A DNA stretch of 54,934 nucleotides, the filler included, from Thelocarpon superellum (lineage: Eukaryota), in NCBI GenBank assembly GCA_026025795.1. It is 3 parts of 3 records of this genome, joined end to end, with 100 filler letters (N's around TTAATTAATTAA, not from the genome) between each part and the next. Parts side by side here need not be neighbours in the genome. Positions count along the whole stretch, not along the records: positions 18,447 to 36,773 come from JAPEUG010000364.1; positions 36,874 to 54,934 come from JAPEUG010000366.1; 1 more part is not named here. One strand, written 5' to 3'. Below are positions 24,430 to 37,143 of this stretch, piece after piece. The position numbers were made by a program, and so were the translations under genes. Position 1 is the stretch's first letter. Each line of letters starts with the position of its first letter. The notes below the pieces were generated by a model, which worked only from the letters and a program-made list of their open reading frames with translations, made no database searches and was not told where the DNA came from.

Positions 24430-26526
24430 ATGCAGACCTTGTGGTCCAGGGCCGCTCAGCAGAAATGCTCTTGCTGGTGTGCCTCCTGCAGCCTCACTGG
24501 AGTTGCCCGCCGGACCACCACCGGCACAGGTCGACGACGCCTTCGAGCCGGCGATGTGTTTACTGCCTTCTATTCCGCCATCATGGCGACTGCCGCGGTC
24601 GCCGACTCCAAGTACAAGCAAGGTCGACGAGAACGATTAGATCGAGCCATTGAAGACGCCCGAATGGACGTGGAGTCTGGACGCCAGAGGCATGAACGGG
24701 ACCAAAGCTCACAGTCTCATACCGGACGAGTGGCTCCCGACCCCCTACCCCGATCCGCCATCTCCGAGACCCTCCGACGAGGTATGAACGTGTTGGAATC
24801 GGCGCCGCGCGTCATCGACCCAGTCTCCATCGACGACTTGACTCTTCCGGATGGCATCAGCCCCGCCTGCCATGCCTGGGCGATGCGGGTCGCGCGGGGC
24901 GAAGCCGTCGTGTCCAATGCCAGTCCTCGTACGCCAACCGAGTGGGAAATCGCGTCCCGGCAACGATTGATGGCCAAGCTCGTGGCCCAACTTCTCCGAG
25001 CTTCGGAACAAGGGACCAGTCCATCGGGCGTGGTTCGAGAATCGCCGCTGGAGTTGGTGGAGATGCGGCAGCGTCTCCGCACGATCATGCAACCGGGGCT
25101 GGCGTCGACGGCGCCGGCCTATCCATCGTACGGTCGGTGGGAAGAGTCGAGGGTCCTCAATCGTGCACTCCGCAAGCTCGTCAGCAACGTTGGCCCTGGG
25201 CCCGATCCCGCGATCAGAGGCTCGACCCAGGCCGCCCTGACGATGGCGAGGATATGCTACCAGCTGCTCGTGTCGTCGTCGCCGCCCAACACCAACACCT
25301 ACAACCTCCTCATCATTTACTTATCACGGACACGAGAGAATCATATGGTCGACTTGGTGCTGGATTCCTTCTTCGAAAGCCGGCTTGTCCTCAATGATGT
25401 GACGACCGCGGCCATGCTGAAGCACTTCACTGCCACCAACAACGTCGCCGCATTTCATCTGCTCTCCGGACTCGTGACAGGGGTAAAGCGACGACGTGAG
25501 ACAGGGACGTCGGTCCAAATACGCCCAACATCTTCTGCGTTGATCCAGCCTGGCCACCGGGATGTTCCACTCAAATCCGGGACTGATGCGATACTGGTGA
25601 AGCGGAACCCCGTGGTCTTTGGCGCTCTGATGGCTGCCGCGTTGAAATTTGACGGGCTGGCGCGCGCCATGGACTTGTATCAGCAGTTGCTCCGGGCGGG
25701 CTGGCAGGCAAATATGCAGGTGTGGACGAGCATCTTGCGGGCATGTCGGGCCAGTGGTGACTGGACTACGGGTCAGATGATATGGCAGCAGATGGATGCA
25801 AAAGCTACAGGGTCCGAGGGCGCCGACAATGGTGAATGCAAGGATGGTCGGGCCTTTCTGTGGATGTTGAAGCTCTGCGAGGCGACCCAACAGTGGCCAG
25901 CCTTTCAGTCCATATACCAGGAAGCCGTGGCTAGTGGGTTTGTGGAGCGAGCCGTGGCGGCGCTGGACCCGTGGCAAGCGCGACACTGCATCCGTCAGGG
26001 GGAGCGGGCCTTGGTATTGGACGATCGGTCAAAGACGCACTGCGTGTTCCGTTCGCGCAAGGACCTGACGACGAGCCTCCGTGCGCTGGAGCAGCAGATG
26101 GTGCCACTGATCTGCGCCCTGGTGACGCCCATGAGCATCCGATTGACTTGGGTCTCCAACAAGGACCAGCCATGGTCTGTCCGACTGGAGCGAGTTGCGC
26201 TCCTTCTGACGTGGGAGCAACGTCGCACGGTGGAATTATTGACCAAACCGACGGATCAACTACGCCTCTGGATGCCGATGGTGTGCCATGAGCGACAAAA
26301 TGGCGATCGGCTCCGCCGCCACATTTCTCCGTCCCTTCCGTCAAAGAGTACGGTGGCATCTTCTCTGGAGCAAGCGCATGTGGTACCTGCGATGGTGGAT
26401 CCGGCGGTGGTGGTGGACGAGGAACGGATGCATGAGCATCCTCGTCAACTCGCGGCCCCCAAGGCTCGGATAGTTCCATTCGCGACGATGACGCCTACGG
26501 TGCCCATACGTCCGCTGTATGCATAG
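24430..26526 (+). CDS. Pentatricopeptide-repeat (PPR) protein, probably mitochondrial
   Basis: PPR-like motifs PNTNTYNLLI, LNDVTTAAML, RNPVVFGALM and ANMQVWTSILRAC. Arg-rich N-terminus with few acidic residues. Single exon, 698 aa. Confidence 0.75.
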   Translation: MQTLWSRAAQQKCSCWCASCSLTGVARRTTTGTGRRRLRAGDVFTAFYSAIMATAAVADSKYKQGRRERLDRAIEDARMDVESGRQRHERDQSSQSHTGRVAPDPLPRSAISETLRRGMNVLESAPRVIDPVSIDDLTLPDGISPACHAWAMRVARGEAVVSNASPRTPTEWEIASRQRLMAKLVAQLLRASEQGTSPSGVVRESPLELVEMRQRLRTIMQPGLASTAPAYPSYGRWEESRVLNRALRKLVSNVGPGPDPAIRGSTQAALTMARICYQLLVSSSPPNTNTYNLLIIYLSRTRENHMVDLVLDSFFESRLVLNDVTTAAMLKHFTATNNVAAFHLLSGLVTGVKRRRETGTSVQIRPTSSALIQPGHRDVPLKSGTDAILVKRNPVVFGALMAAALKFDGLARAMDLYQQLLRAGWQANMQVWTSILRACRASGDWTTGQMIWQQMDAKATGSEGADNGECKDGRAFLWMLKLCEATQQWPAFQSIYQEAVASGFVERAVAALDPWQARHCIRQGERALVLDDRSKTHCVFRSRKDLTTSLRALEQQMVPLICALVTPMSIRLTWVSNKDQPWSVRLERVALLLTWEQRRTVELLTKPTDQLRLWMPMVCHERQNGDRLRRHISPSLPSKSTVASSLEQAHVVPAMVDPAVVVDEERMHEHPRQLAAPKARIVPFATMTPTVPIRPLYA

Positions 26527-27612
26527 ACTAGAGACATGCAGGCCGAGGCCAGCAGTACGTATCAAGCTGTTGCTGGCACCGTGTCTGCCGTCATCTTTTC
26601 AGAATTGCCCGTGCTTACCATATCATACCGCTGCCAACACCCTGTCAGGACAATTGCATCCTGTGGAAGCTTGTAGCGAGATCCTATTATGATGGCCGAA
26701 GACGCAGGTATACTTTCATCCAGGGCTGCCTGCGTCTCGCATCACTAAGTGGGGTCGGTCCTCACGCCTCCCAAATCCATCGGTGGGCTTCAAGGCGAGA
26801 GCATCGTACGTCGCTACTCTCGCCCCATGGCTCACCATGGGATGCTGCGTAGAAAGTCAGCCACTTCTACCTGTGAATGGGGCCAAACTGGGATCGTCTC
26901 GTCATGATTCGCCATTCCACAAGAAGCGGTGACGAAGGTCAGCGATGCATCGCACCAGCGGTCGCATTCTTCACCGACACTGGACTCGGCCAAATAGACG
27001 TGCCCAAGAGACGGATCCGCCGAAATGCCTAACTAGGCCCGTCTTCTCCACACCACCTTCACCAACTTCAGCAGCGTCCGTCAGTAACCGCGGAGCCTTA
27101 GCGACGGAAACGTTCTAGCCAACGATAGCGCGTCCTTCCGGCACGTCCTCCGTTGCCCGTTGCCCCACTACCCGCTGGGTTTCCGTGGTCGGCCCTGTTC
27201 GCCGACCCCACGTTCGCACATCCTCCTCTTCTCACTCGTCCATTCACCTCCCGACGGGAAGACCCGCGCGTGGACCACCGGAGAGGCGGAAGCCATGAGG
27301 ACAGTAACACCGCAATACATGATCGCTGAAGTGTGACTGTTCAGCTTCTACCTTTTCGTCCCTTCCACCTTTCTCCAACCTTCTCCGCCATCATGGCTCC
27401 TCGTCATCCGTGCCCGAGCCCTCGAGACTGGGTGCTGCGGTCTCTCCGCAACGTCACCGGTCGCTCGTCTCGATTAGAGCGACGTCGATCCCCCGACCAA
27501 TGACCAGGACGATACACATTGTCCCGACGCGGGCTGGTCAGTGCCCAACAGTCTCAGGACGAAGACGGGCCAGGACACGTGCCATACTAAAAGACGAACT
27601 GCCGTGGCCATC

Positions 27613-30600
27613 ATGAAGTTTGGACGAAAGTGAGCCCCATGTCTTCGTCTAGGGAATGACCCTCGCTGACCACATCCATCAGCCTCCCCCGTAACCAGGT
27701 GCCGGAGTGGTCGGCCTGCTACGTCAACTACAAAGGGCTCAAGAAGCTCATCAAGTCGGCCGTGCAGGACCAAAATGTGGGAAAGCATGCAGACTTGGCA
27801 GGTACGACGCCCGTTACCGCATGGCCTGCCCAGAGCTGACTGGAAGCTCTTCACAGCCTTCTCGTACGCCTTGGATCGCAACTTGGAGATAGTCGAGGTC
27901 TTTTACAACAAGAAGCTTGCTGAGACATCCCGACGGCTCAAGCTCTTGCACGATCGCTATGGCAAATCAACCGACGTTCCCGATGGCATGGACCGTGATG
28001 AGATTGAGGATTTGATGGGTGCCCTCCTCGACCTCCGCGGCCAATTGAGAAAGTTACAATGGTATGGCGAGGTCAACCGGCGGGCCTTCATCAAGATCAC
28101 CAAGAAGCTCGACAAGAAGCTCCCCAATCGTGCCCCACAGCAACACTATCTGCAGTCGCGCGTGGACCCCCAACCTTTTGCCACCAACCTTGGCCTCACC
28201 GAAACGATGCAGTCCATCAATGACTGGCTCGCCACTCTGGGCGAGGCCAAGTCCACCGATGATGCCCTCTCCATCCACTCCTCTGCGTCATCCATGCGCC
28301 GAGTCTCGTCGCGCGCCATGCTTAACCTACCAAAAGACCTCTTGGACACGGTTGATCAGGCCATTCGTAACGATGATGCCGCCGTCCTCAAGGAACTGCT
28401 CTTTGAGACTAACGTCGCCTCCGGCGAGGACGAGGCCACGGTCTTTCAGAAACTCCTCCTGAACCTGTTGCAGCGGTCCATCTCCTGCCGCGCCCGCTCC
28501 TGTGTCGAGGTGCTCCTGAGCAAGATCCATACTTTGAATGACGAGGACGACATCAACTCCCGCAATTGTCTGCATCGCCTCGTCCTCACTGCCGGCCGAA
28601 TCAAGTTCCCCGGGGATGTCGAAGATTCGACTGGGTCGGAACTGGACCAGGCCGACAGTTCAACCAATTACATCACCCCAGCCACCGCGCCGGTCATTGC
28701 GCCCCTCTCCGGCGCCCTGACGGAGTCTGACCGGATGATCACTCCAGGGAGGATGGATGAAGCCATCGGCGTGTTGGACGATCTGCTCCGCATGCTCCAT
28801 CCGGCACAGCGGGAGGCCGTTCGGTCTCGCGATGCATCGGGTCGTACGCCCCTGCACTACGCAGCTCAATTTGGGTTGGTATCCATCTGTCAGGACATCA
28901 TCAGCCACTTACGGCAGTGGGGCATGTTGGACGCTACTGAATGTTTCGATGATGTCACGTGGCAGGACCAAGATGGATGGGCGCCGCTGCACCTGAGTGT
29001 GCTGGGTGGCCACCCGCTCACCACCAAGGCGCTTCTGGAGGCTGAAGCACTGCATGGCGACAGTATCCAGCGGATGAAGATGCGCAAGCACAATGCAAAG
29101 ACCAACATCTCCTTGGCCCTGGCCGTCAAGGCCAACTACATCGTCATCGTGCGCTTGCTCGTCGACGCTGGGGTGGACATCAACTATCAGGACGAGCAGG
29201 GCGAGACGGCCCTCCACATCGCCGCACGTTTTGGACACGAAGAATGTGCCGAGGCCTTGGTGCAGGGCCGGGAGGATCAGCGTGCGGACCTAGAGCTGGC
29301 TGAGACTACCTTTGCCTGGACGCCCTTGTTTATCGCCTGTGTCGATGGGCATGTGGCCATTGTCGAGCTGCTGATCGAGGCGGGCGCGGCCCTGGAACGG
29401 GCGGATCTCTCGGGTTGGACGCCCAAGGAACACGCCGCCCTCCGGGGGCACTTGCGGATCGCGAGGCGACTGGCGGCCACCTCGACGACGCTGCACCCGT
29501 CGACCCCACCAGCGGCGGCATCGAGCACCCCGTCGTCCGTGTCGTCTATCGAGGACCGCAGCTCGCATCTCGCCAGTAGCAGCAACGGCTACCTGCGTGG
29601 GATTCAACCGGTCAAGACGTTTGGTCATCGCTACCTCAAGAACGAGAGCATGATCCTGGTCAGTCTTGGGACGATGGATCCACGCAAAGCGGTGCAAGCG
29701 GTCAATCTTGACCGGATCCCCCTCGCGGATGCTCACTCAACCCAGCTCGATACGGCACTGTCCGTCGTGGTGTCGGCCGTTGGAGCCACGGGCGAGTCGA
29801 CGGTCATCGACCTGCCGGTGCAGGACAACATCAGCACGGAACCCATCGCCTTTACGACGTCCAACGCGGGCAAGGTCAAGTTGCTCTTTGACATTGTGCC
29901 AACGTACGCCGGGTCCCAGAACCAGATCGTCGGCCGGGGGGTGGCCCTACTGTCGAGCGTCAAGCCGACGGTCGGATCTAAGCGCATCAACTTGCAGGGC
30001 GACGTCAGCGTACCCGTCGTGGCGGCGAGCAGCCTGGACGTGATTGGCAGCGTGAACTTTAACTTCTTGATCATCACGCCCTTTACCCATCCCAACATTG
30101 CCATCGCCGAGCATCAGACGTATTGGCGGAGTATGAGCTCGACCATGGTGATAGGTCATCGAGGTATGCTTGCCATGACGATGCAATGGACCCGACTGAC
30201 CAGTTGCAGGTCTCGGCAAGAACCAACCAGCGCGGAAGTCGTTGCAACTGGGCGAGAATACCATCCAGTCTTTTATCGCGGCAGCCAATCTCGGCGCGTC
30301 GTATGTGGAGTTTGATGTCCAGCTCACCAAAGACCACGTACCCGTCATCTACCATGATTTTCTCGTTAGCGAGACGGGGATCGATGCGCCCGTGCATACC
30401 CTCACCTTGGAGCAGGTAAGGCGGTTGGGGATCGGTAGGATGGTCGTGTACTGACGAAACAGTTTCTTCATGTCAAGGATGCACATTCGCCTCATAATCC
30501 CAGCACCCCGGTGGTGGACCGCCGGATCAGCCACGTCACGGATCTCGAAGGGCGGCGCACGCGTTCCTTGTCCGTGGGTCACTCGGATCTCGAAGGGAAG

Positions 30601-31442
30601 GTGGATCTCAGTGAGCGCATGAAACACACGCGCGATTACAAGATGAAGGGATACAAGGCGAACAGCCGGGGACAATTCATCCAAGCGCCCTTTACCACGC
30701 TCGAAGAGATGTTTAAGCAGCTGCCCGAGTCGATTGGCTTCAACATTGAGATGAGTGCGTCATTTGTCCCCTCGGGACGAGGACATGACTGACGAGACAG
30801 AATATCCAATGTTGTACGAGAGCGAGGAACAAGAGATGGACGCGTACGCCGTGGAGCTGAATTCCTTTGTCGACACGGTCCTCACGAAGGTGTACGACCT
30901 CAACAAGAAACGCAACATCATCTTCTCCTCGTTCAACCCGGACATCTGTCTCCTGCTCTCTTTCAAGCAACCCTCCATCCCCATTCTCTTCCTGACCGAC
31001 GCCGGCGATCACGCGGTCGGCGACATTCGCGCCGGCAGCCTTCAAGAAGCCATTCGGTTCGCGTCACGATGGAACTTGCTTGGGGTGGTCTCGTACGCCG
31101 AACCCTTTGTCCTCTGTCCTCGTCTGGTGAAGGTGGTGAAGGAGTCGGGACTGGTCTGTGTCTCGTATGGATCCATCAACAACGAGCCGGAGAAGGTGCA
31201 GGTAGGTGCTCCTAGGTTCCTGACGATGAGGGGTGCTGAGTGGGGCATAGCTACAAGTGAAAGAAGGCATCGACGCCGTCATCGTGGACAGTGTCTTGGC
31301 GATCCGGAAAGGGCTAACGGATGGATACGGGGGAGCTGCCACGAATGGGGGTGCTGCGACAAATGGGAGTGGAAGTGAGAACGGAGTGGAAGGACCGGAA
31401 TCGAGAAATGACTCTGCTTCCACTGCCCCGCCTGATGTCTAG
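27613..31442 (+). CDS. GDE1: SPX-ankyrin-glycerophosphodiester phosphodiesterase (glycerophosphocholine phosphodiesterase)
   Basis: SPX start MKFG..QVPEW..YVNYKGLKK, ankyrin repeats (GRTPLHYAA, GETALHIAA) and GDPD motifs VIGHRG, GENT and EFDVQLTKD. Introns 27630-27682, 27802-27856, 30164-30209, 30416-30462, 30755-30800 and 31202-31250. Confidence 0.95.
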
Positions 31443-31529
31443 CGGAGGTTTTCCTAGCCAGGATCGACCGACCCGCTCACTAAAAGCATACATGAATCAC
31501 AATACAGCTTGTGGCTAGACTCTAGGTGA

Positions 31530-31586
31530 GAGTAGATGGAGTAGATGGAGTGGATGGGAGTGGATGGGAGTGAATGGGAGTGGATG
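31530..31586. repeat. (GAGTRGATG[G])n 9-10 bp tandem repeat
   Basis: About six units between the convergent GDE1 and She4 stop codons. Confidence 0.75.
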
Positions 31587-31822
31587 AAAACCTCGTCGTT
31601 GAACGTCGCGGCTCCCTGACTCCCAGGGCTACTGGACGAATATGAACCTATCTCAGCCAAACATGATCAATCCAACTGCGCAGACGCGGAGGGCAGGAGC
31701 TGCATAAGGTCATAGTCAGCAAGTTGATAGGTCAGGTCAGGTCAGATCAAGCCAGCTACCCAGCTCAGATGCACGTTAGGATAATGGAGGAGGCGCCAAG
31801 AGGAAGAGGAGAGGAGAGGAGG

Positions 31823-34643
31823 CTAGGACGACATCAAAGCCTTGAGCGAAGTAATTCCCAATCTCAGCACTTCGGTCCTTGTTCCTTCCTCCCCTTCTTC
31901 TGCTTCCTGTTTCCCACCATTTAGCTTCTTTTTCTGTCCGACATTCCCCAAGCGTAGAAGCACCCGTCCTAGTACCTCCACGCCTCCTGCTTCCTTGAGG
32001 GCGGCGAGGGTTCGTTCGCCTAGATGTGGCGTTTGAAAGGGTTGCGCGGCTTCGTCCCCCTCTTCGGATGGGTGGGATGGGTTCGCACTGCTTGGGGCTA
32101 TAGAGGTGGAAGAGGAGGGCAGAGAAGCAACAGATGCAGAAGTAATCGTGTGAAGAAACGTCATCAGGCGGTGCAATACCCCTGTGTCCTCTTCGCCTTC
32201 TTCTTCCCCCTCTCCCTCTCCCTCTCTCTTCCCCTCGTCTTTCTGCTTCTCGTCGTCGTCGTCTTCGTGTAGTGATGGCTTCAACGGCGCAAGAACCAAT
32301 TCCATCCCACGAGGCACATTGTCGAGAATGGCCAACGTGAGAGCCTCGTCCCAGAAAGCACTCAGCATCGCCATGGCACCTGTCGCTGCGCGCCGTGTGC
32401 CGACTTCGCGCGCGTTGCTGAGCGCCAGTAGGACCGTCAGGCGCTGTTTTGCTAGTGTTGTCGTCGTTGCTTCCGCGGATGATGGGGTGGTGATAGTGGA
32501 AAGAGAGGGAGAGGCGGTAAGAGCGGAGATGGTATGAATCGATGAAGCAGTATTGCAGACAAGTTCAAGCGATGCCCGCTGCAGGTGCGTATTCGATGAC
32601 AGGAGGTGCGTGTCGAGTACTGGGAACATCTGCGAGCTGATTGCCTCCGCGGTCGGCATGTCGTATGAGGCCAGGTTGGTAAGGGCCAGAAGGGCCTCGT
32701 AAGTTGGTAGAAGATCTGCAGGCGCCGACGATGAAGCGGAGCTAGGATCGGGAGATAACAGGGGGAGGAGAGGCCGGATCGCGCTGCTGGCTGGTAAGGC
32801 CGAGGACGAGGTGAAGATCAAGCTCGGATCGACGCTGATGAGAATCCGGGCGAGGGCGTGCGCGGCTGTGTAAGACGACTGAGGTGTCGTGAGCGACGCA
32901 AAGGCCGGAGTCTGCACCTGGAGAAGCAACTTGACGGCCCCCCGTTGCGCCAGATATCCCCGGTGTTTCTGCTCTTGCGCGAGTGAAAGGAGGATCGACA
33001 CGATGAGCGTCATCGTCGTTGGACTGGCCTTCCGGCTCACGCTGAGGAGAGGGGGCATGATACCGGCGTCCAGTACGGCCTTGCACCGAGCAGTGACTCT
33101 GTCTTCGCTGTCGAGCGCGTCCGGCTCCACTTCTAGCTTCTTGCTGTTGGCGTACGCCTTCAGCTGCACCATACGTTTCTGCTCTTCCGATAGCCGGCGC
33201 GGATAGGCGGTGATATGTGCCACGATCGTCAGGCCGCCCAGAACGATCGGAGATTGATCCGGTCGAGAGTCGCCCAATTTTCCCATCAGACTGCGCAGAA
33301 ATGCTTCGTCTTTGCTCAGGTCCTCTTTGACCTGCGGCTGGAGCGATGCGTATGCTAGGCCCTCGATGGAACTTTGCTCGCTCTCCCTCCCCTTGACCAT
33401 CGTCTTCTTGAATCTTGCCACCAGCTCTCCCATCTCCTTGCTCTCCGGCACCTGCTTCTCGCCCTCCTTCACACCGTAGAGCTTCGTCAGGATCACTGCC
33501 GCAATTCCGGCATAGTCCTTGTCCGTCCGGACCACCTCTTGTAGCCATGTAGATGCATGCTTCGCGATAGCCTCTCGACACGCTTGGTCCATGCAAGCGG
33601 CACTGAACATCTCCAGCGCCGCTCGAATCACGTCTGGGTCCTTCGTCTTTGGCTGTAGTAGCCGAACGAGCGATTCCACCAATCCCTCCGTCATGAAGAG
33701 TCCGCTCGCAAGCGTCGGGACCAGCGGAAAGACGGCCGCGGCCGCCGAGAAGGCTATGATCCGTTCTTCATCCGTACCGTTGGCCACGCGATGACCGACG
33801 TAATTTGCCAGCACTGCTTGACCCTCTTCCGGAGAGGCCTCGAGGTATTTGGCGCTCGCAAGGGTAGCGTGGCTGCGCGTCTCGGCGGAGCATCGGAAAT
33901 CCAAATGGGACATGATGGTTTCAAAACAGTCTTCGTCGATCAGAGGACTGAGCTGAGTGGGATCGTTGGCCAGGAGACGTGCAATGCCTTTGATCGGCCG
34001 TCCGCCATCGTCCTGCCCAGCGGAGAGCAGATTGGCCAGCAACAACATGAACACGTTTTTCTCGCATTGTACTCGTGTCGATTGAGAGTCCCATGCCGCA
34101 GCATCAAGTACGGTCTGTACAAGGGCATTGGACGAGGCATCTCCAACCACCCAAAACTTCTCGAAGAGCTCGTTCGTCGTCCCCATCTCCAGCCGCTTCG
34201 CCAAGACCGCCCGAGCACCAAGGCTTTGTCGTAAGACCATGGACACTATCTGGTCGTAGGAGGATATTCGTGTGAGGTGATCGAGTAGTAATTTGACACA
34301 TGTCTCTCCCACATGGCGTGGGATGGCCACATCCGATCGCTGTAAATACTCGAGTGCTTCCTGTCCAGCTGCCTCGTCGTGGTCCACGGCGAAGCTCCGG
34401 CACAACCTGGACAGGGGATGAATGGACTGGTCATGTTGGATCTGTTCAAAGGCGGCTTTGACTCGCACGTTGTTGACAGACAGAGTGACGGCATCTCGCA
34501 AGGTTCGAGCTCCTTCCTGTCATTCCTCAGCTTGAGGATCCCTCCGGGAAAGGAGAGCTCACCACTGCGTGACCCGAGTTCACGAGCTGCAAAGCCTGGG
34601 TGGCAAGGTCTTCTGCACGTCTATCTGCTTCGGCGGCCGTCAT
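31823..34643 (-). CDS. SHE4: UCS-domain myosin chaperone (She4/CRO1/UNC-45 family)
   Basis: Motifs SIEGLAYASLQPQVKE, LSEEQKRMVQLKAYAN, HRGYLAQRGAVKLL, AAHALARILISVDP and YEALLALTNLAS. Intron 34517-34562. Confidence 0.9.
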
Positions 34644-34884
34644 TTTCCACGGGACAATTACGCAAGTGTAGACAGCACCATGGCGTGGGACCTGCTGAAG
34701 AAGCGATCGCCGGTGAGTGACGTCGATAGGCGACGTGATCTCGCCGACGGAGCGTGAAAGATATCCCACTCAAAGAACTTCTTCCCCAGCTCTTTCCTCA
34801 ACATCCCCTTTACGACTATGGTCCTGTTGAAGTCCCACCTCGGCTGTATGATCATACATCTTCCTCGTATGAGTGAGCCCTACC

Positions 34885-36407
34885 ATGAACGCCGTCGACG
34901 GCTCCGAGCATTATGAGCGTCAATCGGAAGGTATCATCTTCCTACTCTATCAGCGGTGCCCTCGACCAATAACAAGATATACTGACCTTCGAAAGAACCC
35001 CCTCCGTCCCTCCTCACCATCATCGTCGATACCAACCCTCGAGCATGGTCTGCTCTGTCAGAGACTCTCCCCCTCTCAACCGCCATTGCCAACATCCTCG
35101 TCTTCATTAATGCTCACCTCGCCATCAACTACGCCAATCAAGTCGCGGTGTTGGCTAGCCATAGTCAAACCGCACAATGGCTCTACCCCACTCCGAGCTC
35201 ATCCAGGTCAAACGGAGGACGTCACAAAGTGCCGGGCGGGGCTCACGTCACTTCGAATGGGGAGGACATCGAAATGATGGATGGATCTCACGACACGGAC
35301 ACTCCGTCAAGACCAGTGACCTCTTCCGACTCTCCCTCTCGAATCACACCCCCCGGCGTCACCGCCGACGATGCCAATAAGTACCGGCCCTTTCGCCTGG
35401 TCGAGGACGAAGTCATGCAGAATCTCCGCAACCTAATGGACACCACTCCCGACTCCGCCATTGCACATACCAACAGCACGATGATGGCAGGCGCCCTTAC
35501 GCGGGCTCTCACCTACATCAACAAACAAACCCTGCTATATGCAGAGAGTATCGGCGGAGCCCCGAACCTAACCAACGGCACCTCGGACGCCAAGGATGAT
35601 GCAGTGCCGGCCACAGGCCTGCAATCCCGTATCCTTATCATCAGTGTCTCCCCGGACCTCGCCTTTCAGTATATCCCTATCATGAATTGCATCTTTGCCG
35701 CTCAACGAAAGGTAAACAACCCAACTCCTCCCCTCCCCTCTTCCTATACTGACTTCCTACCAGCGTATCCCCATCGACGTACTCAAACTCCACACCTCTA
35801 CGACCTTCCTACAACAAGCCTCAGACGCCACTCGCGGCATCTACCTCGCACCCACCTCGCCGCACGGCCTCTTACAGTACCTCATGATGGCGTACCTGCC
35901 CGACCAAACGGCCCGAAGACACCTCGTGGTCCCGACGCAAGTAAACGTCGATTTCCGCGCCGCTTGCTTCTGCCACAAACGCGTCGTCGATACGGGGTTC
36001 GTCTGTAGTATTTGTCTAAGCAGTAAGTCTTACCCGAGCATTACTTGGATAACACCAGAAGCGTCCGAGGCCATGTAGCTGACCATGTCCGCCTAGTATT
36101 CTGCCAACCGCCGCCCGACGCAATCTGCCTGACATGTAGCACGCACCTCAAGCTGGGACAATACGGGGACAAGCCGGTCGTGAGTGCTCGTAGCGGGGCT
36201 GGGACAGGGACTCCTCGGGGCGGCACACCACGTGCTGGGCCGAGTGGGGCGGGCGCCGGTGGAGGTACAGGTGCAGGCGCAGGTGCAGGCGCAGGTGCAG
36301 GTGCAGGCGCAGGTGCAGGTGCAGGTGCAGGCGCAGGTGCAAGCGTAGGCGGACTCAAGAAGAAGAAGCGAAAGAAGAACGTTGACGGGTCCGTGGCGCC
36401 AGAATAG
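34885..36407 (+). CDS. TFB4: TFIIH subunit Tfb4 (p34/GTF2H3)
   Basis: vWA start PSLLTIIVDTNPRAW, motif QYIPIMNCIFAAQR and zinc finger VDFRAACFCH..GFVCSICLS|IFC..CLTC. Introns 34931-34995, 35712-35763 and 36023-36096. Confidence 0.95.
36270..36341 (+). repeat. (GGYGCA) x12 coding repeat giving (Gly-Ala)12 in the Tfb4 tail
   Basis: In-frame hexamer run before GGLKKKKRKK. Confidence 0.9.
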
Positions 36408-36480
36408 CAAATGTAGCAGATCTAACGAGGGTGAACTCTACGCGGAAGTCGGTCTCGTCGTCGTTCATTTTTGGTGTTTT

Positions 36481-36530
36481 TCTGTCCGTCTATGTGTCTG
36501 TCTGTCTGTGTCTGTCTGTGTGTCTGTCTG
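36481..36530. repeat. Imperfect (TCTG/TGTC)n microsatellite
   Basis: Visible downstream of TFB4. Confidence 0.7.
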
Positions 36531-36773
36531 AGTCTATGCCCAGGTTGGGTGTGAGTGTGAGTGTCATCGAAATCGGAAGACGGATAGGAGGACGTAGGAC
36601 AGAATCCCACCCATCATCCATCATCCATGCATTGTCCACCATCAATGGTCCATCATCACCATCCACCTCCCTCCTGCTTCTCCCCCTCTCTCCTTACAGC
36701 TTCCGCTTGTTGTAGCGAAAGCCACGAGCGCCTTGGGCCACGCTGCCCCCGCCGGAATTGCGAGACATGGTGG

Positions 36774-36873
36774 NNNNNNNNNNNNNNNNNNNNNNNNNNN
36801 NNNNNNNNNNNNNNNNNTTAATTAATTAANNNNNNNNNNNNNNNNNNNNNNNNNNNNNNNNNNNNNNNNNNNN
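36774..36873. other. Assembly gap with artificial linker (44 N + TTAATTAATTAA + 44 N)
   Basis: Same 100-bp structure as 18347-18446. Confidence 0.95.
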
Positions 36874-37143
36874 GTGTCCCACCTCTTGTGACGTATGGCA
36901 GCGCCGTTTCCCCGCGTTGTCTAGCATGTCGGAGCTCATCAGATCATCACATCACCATGGCGTGGATTTGACTATAGAATGGGCCTTCCGCGCGCCAATG
37001 CCCATCGTTTCTCCATACCCTGAGACTCTCTCCCTGGCTACCGAGAACCCCCGGACCATTACCTCCTATCATCGTCACCTTGCCATTTACACGCCGGGGG
37101 CTCCTAGCCTCCGTAACAGACCCTGAATGCTAGTAGAGCCACC

